Shown here: positions 9,487 through 19,367 of the stretch, piece after piece | Numbering within the stretch: position 1 is the first letter of the stretch | Layout: every line of letters begins with the position of its first letter | Origin: an uncultured Chloroflexia bacterium | Lineage (GTDB): Bacteria > Chloroflexota > Anaerolineae > Anaerolineales > Villigracilaceae | NCBI GenBank assembly: GCA_963793795.1 | Contig: CAWCBN010000010.1 | Coordinates: 345,200 to 409,199, forward strand | DNA length: 64,000 nt | Direction: 5' to 3' | Notes under the pieces: model-generated | What the model saw: the letters and a program-made list of their open reading frames with translations, nothing else | The model's database searches: none | What the model was told of the DNA's origin: nothing | Translations under genes and position numbers: made by a program

Positions 9487-12400
9487 TCAAGCCAGCGCGC
9501 CGATGATCTCAGCCACCAACTCGCGATCGTCAAAATGGATCAAGGTCACAGCCTTGTTTTGGCACGCGGCTGCGCACGTACCGCATCCTTTACAAAGGAA
9601 ACTGTTTACCTGTGCCACGGCATTGACCAACTCAACGGCGTGATACGGGCAGGCTGCCACACACTGCCCGCATCCGGCACATCTTTGCAAATCCACCTCG
9701 GCGATGGATGGGTCGAGGGCGATCATGCCCTGGTCCATGAGCGAGAGTGCTGCCGCCGAGGCGGCACCCGCCTGCGCCACGCTGTCTGGAATATCCTTGG
9801 GCGACTGGCATGCACCGGCAATGTAGATGCCTTCGCTGGCTGTTTCCACCGGGGCAAGCTTGGGATGCCGCTCGGAGAAGAATCCATCGCGTGTTCGGCT
9901 GATGCCAAATTTCGCCGCCACCTGCGCGGAATCCGCCTGCGGTTCGAAACCGGTCGCCAGGATGACCATATCCACATCCACGTGATCAGGCTGTCCATGG
10001 AAGGCTTCCGTCCAGGTAACTCGCAGGCCGTCATCCACGTGGGTGATATCATGCACCTTGCCGTGATGGAAGTTCACACCCATCTCTGCAGTGCGGTTGT
10101 AAAATTCTTCATATCCCTTGCCGAACGAGCGCATATCCCGATAGATCTCATGAACCTCGGCACCAATATACTCGTGGACCAATTGTGAAAACTTAAGTGA
10201 ATACATGCAGCAGGCGCGTGAACAATATTCGTTCGTGGTCGCATCGCGTGAGCCCACGCAATGGACAACAGCCACCCGTTTCGGTGTTCCCCCATCAGCG
10301 AGCAGTACTTTCCCGTTGGTGGGTCCGGAGGCATTGATCAGGCGTTCAAATTCAATGGCTGTCAGGATGTTCGCCAACTTTCCATGATTCAATTCGGGGA
10401 GGCGCGCGGGGTCAAAGTCACGAAAACCGGTCGCCAGGATGATGGTTCCCACCATAAACTCGTCATGGGTTTCTTTTGCATTGTGATCGATGGCTCCCCG
10501 GTCGCAGGCGGCTACGCATTCCAGGCACTCACCACAAGTCCCGCAGCGAACGCAGCGTTCAGCCTCGATGAGTGCTTCCTCTTCTGTAAGGGTCAGATCC
10601 ACCTCATTAAAATTGTGATAACGTTGCGCCAGCGGAATGGTGTGAATGCCAACCCTGTGTTTCCCGGAGGCCTCCCCATGAGCGATGCGCGTCCGCACTT
10701 CGGACTCGGTCAACGCCACGGTAGGTGGAAGGCTTGGCTCACTAATACCCGCAGCTCCCCGCAGGTAGCGATCCATGCAACGGGCGGCATGATGACCTTC
10801 ACCGATCGCATCCACCACGTAGAAGGTGGAACCGCGGTGAACATCACCGGCAACAAACACCCCCGGGAGCGTGGTCATCATCTCCTCATCGGAATCGATC
10901 CCGTTCCTGGCAAGCTTGACCAGCCCATCCTTAGGGAGAAATGACAGGTCGCAACCCTGACCGGTCGCCCAGATGACGATATCCGCCGGTAACACGTGCT
11001 CACTGCCGGGAAGTTCGTCGATCAGGATGCGCCCTTTTTCGTCGTAACCATGGTATTCCGTGCGCACGCATTTCACGCCGGTGACCTTGTCGTCCTCAAT
11101 GAGGATCTCCTTGAACATGGTGGCGCCGCACATTTTCACGCCTTCCTCTTCGGCGATCTCCACCTCCCACTCAAATCCGGTCATTTCACCCTTGGGCTTG
11201 CGGAAGATCATGCGGCATTCCCGTGCGCCGATGCGGATTGCGGAACGGGAACAGTCGAGGGCAACATTTCCGCCGCCGATGACCGCCACCCGTTTTCCGG
11301 TGAGATCGGGCGGGGTGCCAAGACATACCTGTTTGAGAAAAGGCAGGCTGAGCAGGTTGTCGGGATGATCCTTGCCCGGAATGTCCACCTTCTTGGCGAT
11401 ATGTGCACCCGAGGCAACCAGGACTGCATCAAATGGGTGAGCCGATGAACCCAGCCCGCCTGACAATAACCCGGGGATGTCATCGATCCAGGTATTGAGT
11501 TGCAATTCCACGCCCTCATCGAGGATCTGCTGGATCTCCCAATCGAGCATTTCATAGGGCAGGCGGTGGGGTGGGATGCCGACCCGGATCATGCCGCCTG
11601 CTTTCGGCTGGGCATCAAACACCTGCACCGCATGTCCGAGCCGCACCAGGTCAAGGGCAGCAGTCAGACCTGCCGGTCCGGCTCCGATCACGGCGACCTG
11701 TTTCCCCGTCGGCGTGGGTTTATGCTGGAAGGGAGTCCCGACGATGGACTTGTCGCGCATGTTCGGAAGCAGCTCACGATGAGCGTAAGCCCAATCCGCC
11801 ACGAAGCGCTTGATGCCCATGATATTGACGGGTTCATCCACCTTGCCGCGCGAGCAGGCAGCCTCACAGTTGCGGTTGCAAACACGTCCGCACACCGATG
11901 GGAAGGGATGCTCGCGGCGGATCGCCCAATAGGCATCCGCATAACGTTTCTGCCGGACCAGGGTGATATAACCCATGGCACGCTGGTCGGTGGGACAGGC
12001 AGCCCGGCACGGCGCCACACCCTTCTTGTCAATCACAAACGCACCGGGCACCGCCTGGGCTGAAAACCGGTAGGCTGCCTTGCGATTTGAGAGGCCGCGG
12101 TCAAACTCGTTGCTGACCTCCACCGGGCAAACGGAGGCGCAGTTGCTGCAGCCGGTACACTTGGTTTCATCCACGTAGCGCGGCTTGCGGCGGACCCGTA
12201 CCTGGAAATTTCCCACATAACCTGAAACAGACTCGATCTCGCTGTAAGCCAGGAGCTTTATTTTTGGGTGGCGTCCCACGGACACCATTTTCGGTGTAAG
12301 TATTCAGGCCGCACAGTCGAGCGTTGGGAAGGTCTTATACAGTTGGGCCATGTGCCCACCGATGCTCGACTCCCGCTCAACGAGATAGACCTGCTTCCCG

Positions 12401-12897
12401 GCGTCTGCCAGTTTTAGAGCCGCTTCGATACCCGCAATACCTCCACCGACGACAAGCGTGGCGGGAGTCATCTGTACCTGGCGCATGTCCAGCGGGTGAT
12501 GATAATGTACACGCTGGACCGCGGCAGAGACCAGAGAGCATGCTTTCGTGGTCGCCTGTTCCCGGTCCGCGACCACCCACGAGCAGTGTTCGCGGATGTT
12601 TGCCATCTGGAAGAAGAAAGGGTTCAACCCTCCCTCGGCGCAAGCCCGGCGAAAGGTCGGTTCATGCATCAGGGGCGAACAGGAGGCCACCACCACCCGG
12701 TTGACGCCCAGGTCCAGGATGTCCTGCTTGATGAGATCCTGTCCCGGGTCCGAGCACATGTAGGTGTAGTCGCGGGCAACGACCACGTTTTCCAATTTGC
12801 GGGCAAAATCGGTCACCGCGGCAACATCCACAGTCGCGGCGATATTCGTCCCGCAATGACAGACATAAACACCGGTTTTTATCTTGGAAAGATTCAT
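9487..12897 (-). CDS. hdrA: HdrA-like flavoprotein with inserted GltD/NfnB-like NAD(P)H module; predicted selenoprotein (TGA at 12304-12306 read as Sec)
   Basis: ORFs 12304..12897 and 9487..12288 are in the same frame, separated by TGA plus 5 codons (TFPTLDCAA-U-ILTPK-MVSVGRHP). HdrA hallmarks: VYVCHCGTNIA, GGGIAGIEAAL, C-terminal CAGCGQCVAACP / CKGCGTCAAAC. The internal module has PCRAACP, VCGRVC, VAVIGAGPAGL and VAVIGGGNVALD. Confidence 0.85.
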
Positions 12898-12967
12898 GCA
12901 CTCTCCTGTTGACTGCCTGGCAGCTTACCTGAGCACACTTGTCATTTGACTCACGCGGCGAACCGGC

Positions 12968-14953
12968 TCATGCCAGGGATAAAATACCATCAATCTCCGC
13001 CATGAGCTGGTCATTGGTGAAGCCGTTCTGGACGGCTGCACCAGCCGGACAGGCGGCAACGCAGGCTCCGCATCCCTTGCACAATACCTCGTTAACCTGC
13101 GCGACTTGTTTTCCATTCCATTCGACCATCGAGACAGCGCCATAAGGACACAGCCCTTCGCAGGTGTGACAGGCGCCACATTTTTCTGCAACGATGTATG
13201 AAGTGAACGGCTCCAGGTCCACCGTACCATGATCGAGAAGGGAGATTGCCGCGGCAGCTGCTGCTCCGCCGTGGGCGACACTATCCGGGATGTCCTTCGG
13301 TCCCTGGCATGTGCCCGCCAGGAAAATACCGTCACTCATGGTTTCCACCGGTGCCAGCTTGGGGTGCTTCTCCAGGAAGAATCCATCCGGGCTGCGGCTG
13401 ATCCCAAACCGGGCACCCACCTCGTGCTGGTCGTCCTGGGGTTCCATGCCGGTGGAAAGGACGACCATGTCCACGGCCGTCTTGAGCGTTTGCCCGCTAT
13501 ACACATCCCTGGCAATGACCGCTAACCGCCCATCAGTCTGCTCGACGCGAATGTCGCCATCGAAGCGGGCGAAATGAACTCCATGGTCCTCGGCGCGGTG
13601 GTAAAAGTTCTCGTAATCCTTTCCAAAGGCGCGCATATCCCGGTAGAACTCCACCACTTCCGCACCCACGTATTCCCTTACCAAGGTGGCTAGTTTTAAG
13701 GAATACATGCAGCAAACGCGTGAGCAATATTCGTTTTCAACTCCACGTGAGCCGACACAATGCAGGATTGCCACCTTCCTTGGTTTTTCTCCATTCTTGA
13801 GCAACACCCTGCCGCTTGTCGGACCGCCGGTATTGATCAGTCGTTCCATCTCCATGCCGGTGAAAACATTCGGCAAGGTGCCATAGCCATATTGAGCAGC
13901 CCGGTGCGGGTCAAAGTCGCTAAAACCGGTCGCCAGGATGATCGTGCCAACTTCGATCTCCTCGTGTTGTTCCACCTGTTCAAAGTCGATCGCCCCCACC
14001 GTGCAGAATTTTTCACAGGCGCGGCATTTCCCGGACTTGAAATAGGCGCAGTTCACGGTGTCGATGACCGGGACGCGCGGCACCGCCTGCGGGAATGGGT
14101 AATAGATGGCGGCACGGTTGCCCCACCCAAGGTCGAACTCGGAGGGGATCTTCTTCCACGGGCATTTATCAATGCAGGTTCCGCAACCGGTGCACAAGGA
14201 CTCGTTCACATAGCGCGGCTTGCGGCGAACGGTCACGGTGAAGTTGCCCACATAGCCGGCAACGTTTTCGACCTCGCTGTAGGTCATCAGCTTGATGTTG
14301 GGGTGGCGTCCCACGGACACCATCTTGGGGGTGAGTATTCAGGCTGCGCAATCGAGGGTTGGAAATGTTTTGTACAGGCGCGACATGTGCCCGCCGATGG
14401 ACGGTTCGCGCTCCACCAGGGTTACCTGTTTGCCCGAATCAGCCAGGCGGAGGGCTGCCTCGATCCCGGCGATCCCCCCTCCGACAACCAGCGCGGCCTG
14501 CTTCAGCCCCACCTGGCGCATTTCCAGCGGCACCTGCCAGCCCACGCGCCGCACAGCAGCCGCCACCAGCGCCTTGGCTTTCTCCGTTGCGGCAACGGGA
14601 TCCGCAGTGACCCACGAACAGTGCTCACGGATGTTGACCATCTGGAAGAGGAAGGGATTTAAGCCTGCCTCGGCGCAGGCACGCCGGAAGGTGCCCTCAT
14701 GCATGTTCGGACTGCAGGAGGCCACAACAATGCGGTCCAACCCTTCCTTGCGGATATCTTCAGCAATGAACGCCTGGCCGGGGTCTGAGCACAGGTAGGC
14801 ATAGTGGCGGGTAACGGTCACATGGGGCAGGGTAGCAGCAAATTGGGTGACTGCTTCCACATCCACAGTTGCGGCAATGTTCGTGCCACAGTGGCAAACA
14901 TAAACGCCGACGCGGGGCGAACCCTGCTTCGGCGCGGGTTGGGAGATCGTCAT
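12968..14953 (-). CDS. hdrA: Heterodisulfide-reductase subunit A-like flavoprotein; predicted selenoprotein (TGA at 14339-14341 read as Sec)
   Basis: ORFs 14339..14953 and 12968..14323 are in the same frame, separated by TGA plus 5 codons (TFPTLDCAA-U-ILTPK-MVSVGRHPNI). Canonical HdrA layout of about 661 aa: CHCGTNIA, GGGIAGIEAAL, inserted ferredoxin CTGCGTCIDKCP, C-terminal CGACHTCEGLCP / CKGCGACVAACP. AAGGAGA lies before the ATG. Confidence 0.9.
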
Positions 14954-15038
14954 GGCAGCGTCTCCTTTCCTTCAGGCAGCGATGAACTTACCAATAGTGC
15001 CACCTCTTCGGTAGATATGAAAATTTATCTTGGTATCA

Positions 15039-15057
15039 TTGTGTGATTTTTACACAA
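15039..15057. promoter_or_regulatory. Candidate operator palindrome upstream of the hdrA operon
   Basis: TTGTGTGATTTTTACACAA (6-bp arms TTGTGT/ACACAA). It lies about 85-105 nt upstream of the hdrA start at 14953. It resembles CRP/FNR or Rex half-sites (TGTGA / TTGTGAA...TTCACAA) but with imperfect spacing. Confidence 0.3.
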
Positions 15058-15130
15058 GGAGATTTAAGTGATATTCATCCTCTCTTCCGGTGCAGGATGG
15101 CAGGCGCCAATTCCGCTGTTTTTCCTCCCC

Positions 15131-15844
15131 TTACGAGCTTTTCGCAGCCTCCTTCCGACCATTCATTCCCAGGTACATCTCCTGGATAGTGGACTCCATC
15201 AGTTGCTTCAAGCGATTTCGCTCCACCCCTGCCGGGTTGAGTGGATCATAAGCCACCGGCTTGCCCACCTGCACGACCTTGTCCGGGTGGACAGCAACCG
15301 GGTAGAAGGGGAGATTCTTCCCCGTCTCGGTGTGGTATCGCTCGCCGAGGCGGGCAAACGTCCGTTGGAAGGGCTGCATCCGGGTCAGCGGATCCATGGG
15401 CAGGCGGTTGTCTTCCGGGAAAATCAACAGGAAACCTCCCTGGCGGATAATCTCCATGCTCATCTCGAGCGTGGTGCGCATGCGTTCATAATCGCCGCGA
15501 TAGACCGGGATGCAGCCGAGGGAATAGAAAAGGGGCACGACAAGCTTGCATAATCCGCGTGAGAACCAGCGGCTGAAAGGCGGTTTGAGGTGCAGCTGCC
15601 TTTCGGCAAAATCCCATTGGAGCCAGGCAGGCGCCAGTTCCCCGTCCATCATGTCCGCAACCACCCAGCCGTGTAAATACAAGGGGAAGGAACAGGATAC
15701 GCCGATCGGACCCATGGCGTCGAGGTGATTGGCGACGAAAACCGCCGGGCCTGCCTGCGGCAGGTTTTCACCCCCGACCAGTTTGCCGCGCCAGAGGAAC
15801 AGATCCACCGTCCTAACGATGAATTTGTACAGGGATTGACGCAT
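15131..15844 (-). CDS. Lysophospholipid/1-acylglycerol-3-phosphate acyltransferase family protein
   Basis: 237-aa intact ORF with blocks VFVANHLDAMGP and LLIFPEDNR, as in PlsC-type acyltransferases. GGGAGA lies before the ATG. Confidence 0.65.
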   Translation of the reverse strand: MRQSLYKFIVRTVDLFLWRGKLVGGENLPQAGPAVFVANHLDAMGPIGVSCSFPLYLHGWVVADMMDGELAPAWLQWDFAERQLHLKPPFSRWFSRGLCKLVVPLFYSLGCIPVYRGDYERMRTTLEMSMEIIRQGGFLLIFPEDNRLPMDPLTRMQPFQRTFARLGERYHTETGKNLPFYPVAVHPDKVVQVGKPVAYDPLNPAGVERNRLKQLMESTIQEMYLGMNGRKEAAKSS

Positions 15845-15850
15845 TCTCCC

Positions 15851-17372
15851 TCATAACAAGTTCAATCGCGGTCGATATTGGATTGCCTCCCCCAGGTGAG
15901 GGGGTTGGATGGTCTCGCTTCCCGCCAGGTCAGCGATCGTGCGGGCGAGCTTCAGCACGCGGTGATAGGCGCGCGGCGGAGAGTTGGAGCTGGTTCATCG
16001 CCGCATGCATCAGGGATTGACCTGTTTCATCCAGCGCACAGAACTTGCGCACTTCCGCCGGGCGCATCTCGGCATTGCAGGTCAATCCGTCAGACCCGAA
16101 ACGCCTGCGCTGGCGATCACGCGCCAGCTCCACGCGGGCACGGACGGACGCCGAGGGTTCGCCGGTGCGGGTATCGGATAATTTTTCAAATTCAACGCGT
16201 GGCACCTCGATGTGGATGTCGATGCGGTCGAGCAGGGGACCGGAGATGCGCTTCTGGTACTTGGTCACCACCATCGAGGAACAGGTGCAGGGTTTCAGCA
16301 GGTCGCCATAATAGCCGCACGGGCAGGGATTCATGGCGGCAACCAGCTGGAAATTGGCGGGGAAGGTCAGCGAGCCCTGGGCGCGGCTGATGGTGACGAC
16401 CTTGTCCTCCAGCGGCTGGCGCAGCACCTCGAGCACGCGCATGCCGAACTCAGGCAGCTCGTCCAGGAAGAGAACGCCGCGGTGAGCCAGGGAGATCTCG
16501 CCCGGATGGGGCCAGTTGCCTCCGCCGACCAGGCCGGCATGGCTGATGGTGTGGTGCGGCGAGCGATAGGGCCGGTGGCGCAGGAGCGGAGTCCCGGGGG
16601 GTAACTGGTCGGCAACGGAATAGATGCGGGTCACATCCAGCGCTTCTTCGATGGGCATTTCGGGCAGGATGCCGGGGAGGGCACGCGCCAGCAGGGTCTT
16701 CCCCGCCCCGGGAGGGCCGACCATCAAGACGTTATGCCCACCCGCGGCAGCCACTTCCATGGCACGCTTGACATGCTCCTGTCCCTTGATCTCGCTGAAG
16801 TCGGTCGGAAGCATCAGGGGGGCGTCGGGCACCTCCTGGCGCTGGTAGGGAGGGATGAGCTCCCTTCCGGCAAGGTGGTTGTAGAGCTGCGCCAGCGAGG
16901 AGACGGGGATCACTTCCAGGTCGGGGATGAGGGCTGCCTCGGCGGCATCCATGGCGGGAACGACGATGCGCTTGAAGCCGTTCTGCCGGGCGGTGGCAGC
17001 CATGGGCAGCACGCCGCGGGCATGGCGCACGCCGCCATCCAGGGAAAGTTCGCCGACCACGAGCATGCTTTCGGCCACCTGCGGAGGGAGGATGCCGGTG
17101 TAGATCAGCACGCCGAGGGCGATGGGCAGGTCGTATGCCGGGCCTTCCTTGCGCACCGTGGCGGGAGCCAGGTTGACCACCAGGCGGCGGCGAGGGAAAG
17201 GCACCCCGGCGTTGCGCACGGCGGCCTGGACACGCTCGCGGCTCTCCTGGACGGCTGCGTCGGGCAGACCAACGACGGTCATGCCGGGGAGGCCCTGGGT
17301 GTAATCCACTTCCACTTCGACGATCACCCCATCCAGGCCGATCACTGCGCAGGAGAAGACGCGGGCAAGCAT
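15851..17372 (-). CDS. comM: YifB/ComM family Mg-chelatase-like ATPase, one frameshift near the 3' end
   Basis: Start [15 protein letters not shown]. Walker A GPPGAGKT, Walker [11 protein letters not shown], then PCPCGYYGD. The C-terminus [43 protein letters not shown] is recovered by removing one base in the GCGCGC run near 15972-15976. The long upstream extension in the ORF track (to 17951) is low-complexity and not believed. Confidence 0.9.
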
Positions 17373-17399
17373 CCGTCTAGTGTAGACGAGGATGGCGGA

Positions 17400-17720
17400 G
17401 GAGTCAACGGAGGAGAGAAGGTGAGCAGGGAGCGGAGAGCAGAGAGTAGGCATTGGGTAATCAGGTGACCAGGTAATCAAGTAATCAGGTGACCAGGGAG
17501 CAGAGAGCAGGCGATTGGAGAGCAGATAAAGAAGTTGCATGATGCCTGCACCGGCAAGGCACAGGTGTCCTGGACGGACAGGCAGGCACAATTGCAATCC
17601 ATAATTGAGGAACGACTGGAACGAATATTGCAGGAAGTGAGGAGGAGTGAGCAGAAGAGTAGAGAATAGGAAAAGAATATATTCGAGAGTGGAGAGTATT
17701 CGTTCCTCAGTATCGAAGGG
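17400..17720. repeat. GA/CT-rich word repeat region (family also at 34421-34530 and 59990-60082), with an internal 16-bp direct repeat
   Basis: Words GAGAGCAG, GTGAGCAG, GAGAGTAG. It shares the 14-mer TACTCTCCACTCTC (revcomp of 17685-17698) with 60062-60075, and CTACTCTCTG (revcomp of 17440-17449) with about 60008-60017. GTAATCAGGTGACCAG occurs at 17457-17472 and 17481-17496. Confidence 0.6.
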
Positions 17721-18196
17721 GAACGAATGGGATGTCACTGCCAATTCCGAGAGATCGCATTTGAGGAACATCGAGGAACAATTAATCTTAAGCTTTCCTG
17801 GTGGAAAGAACGCTTGAATGGTCCCATGGTTTGATAGGAATTCGGAGAATGGCTCGGTGAGGAAGGAGGTCAGATTCATGGTTGCAGGAGAGAAAAAAAG
17901 ACGGCAGGGAAGAAACAGCCTTCCCGTGCCGATGGAGGGATTATAACACAAATGTTCTAATTGGATAAAGGGGAAAAAACACTCATTTGCTTTAAGTACT
18001 AATCGAAAATGCTTTCTTCAACAGATTGGCTGGGTGAGGGCACACCAGCAGGGCTTCCCCGTTCAGGGATGTCAGACCATCAGTACGTCTTGGACAAAAA
18101 GCAGGTTATTTTCATTCCCATTCTTTTATATCTATACTGTAGGGGATGCTATATAATGATCAGATAGCAATCTTAATTGACACGTGAAAGGATTTC

Positions 18197-19367
18197 ATGG
18201 ACAGATTATTTAAACAACCATTTGACGACATTGGGGAGAATGAATTAAGGATATTGTTGATAGAAAAGTTCGAGAATATGTTAGTTTGGATTATAAACAA
18301 TTGTATAGCAATAATCATAAGGGGATCGTAGATCTTCTTACAGATGTTACTGCAATGGCAAATTCTAGGCGGGGTATATCATTATTGGCATTGAAGAAGA
18401 TTTCAGGCGCATCCGATGGTACTCCTAAATGTATTGTTGGTATCGAGAATGGAGATATTGAAGCCAATCGGATACAAAATGTGTGTTTTGATTCTATTGA
18501 TGAAATAATTATTGGCCTTCGTGTCCGAGACATTCCATTAAGCAATGGAAAGCATTGTGTAATTATCCAAATCCCCAATAGTGTAAAAAAACCTCATATG
18601 GTGTTGTACGAAACACCGTTTATTTTCTACCAGACATGGAAGATCGAATATAAGAATGGACATGAAACAGGTTAGGACATGGTGATTAGCATGACTTCAT
18701 ATCAGACATCATTACAATCATTTATTGAGAACCGTGTGAAGGAAAATTTAGAATTCGCTCACTCTGTCCCTTTATTCTATTCATGGCCACTCCAATTTAC
18801 GTGGGCGAGAAAAGTTGGATCCCCTTCAAGAAAAATATCGGAACCTTTTTGATAATGAATATGAGCAGTATATACAAGATTATCAATATGATGGTGTGTA
18901 TGCAGGTAAAACCCATCCCAGGATATTTGGCATTGAAGGAATAATCCAAATCTCCATCTCCAGATAACATTCCTCTGAAGCGTTTACGACTTTATAGAAA
19001 TGGGCATTTCGAATTTTACAGAAATAATGTTCCTTATCCAGATGAGAATCGGCCCCAAAACGAATGCCAATATCCCCGTATCTCATTGTTGCAGAATCAT
19101 TAAATTTCTTATCTGTTATGCGACAAGTAATTACGATTTCCGAAATTACCGATCCTTTAGCGATTACATTAATCTTGGATCTGTATGTCGAGACTTCAAT
19201 TGCACGATAGATATAGATTGCAATCTGAAAATTTAGTATGGAATGATATATTATTACAAATAGATATAACCGTGACCGATCTTGATAAATTGGAAGAAAT
19301 TGCTTCTTATATAATGGATCGAATATACAATTCCTATGGATATGAAAAAGAACCTCCACTTCGATGA
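18197..19367 (+). pseudogene. AlbA_2 (Schlafen-like putative DNA-binding) domain protein, at least 5 frame disruptions
   Basis: Pieces found in three frames: MDRLFKQPFDDIGENELRILLIEK / VREYVSLDYKQ...VTAMANS / AGYIIIGIEED / DGTPKCIVGIENGD...GKHCVIIQIPNSVKKPHMV / RHGRSNIRMDMKQVR / ...EEIASYIMDRIYNSYGYEKEPPLR. This follows the AlbA_2 pattern (EFK...AfaN..GG.iiiGv...P). One break is a shortened A-run. Confidence 0.5.

Noticed and set aside
17373-17951. Long N-terminal extension of comM in the ORF track (start at 17951).
   Set aside because: The extension translates the CT-rich word repeat into low-complexity peptide. The conserved family start [15 protein letters not shown] is at 17372.
18883-19359. 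158-aa minus-strand ORF in the AT-rich island.
   Set aside because: It is antisense to the AlbA_2 gene remnants and has an Ile/Tyr/Phe-rich translation typical of AT-rich noise. No motif was recognised.
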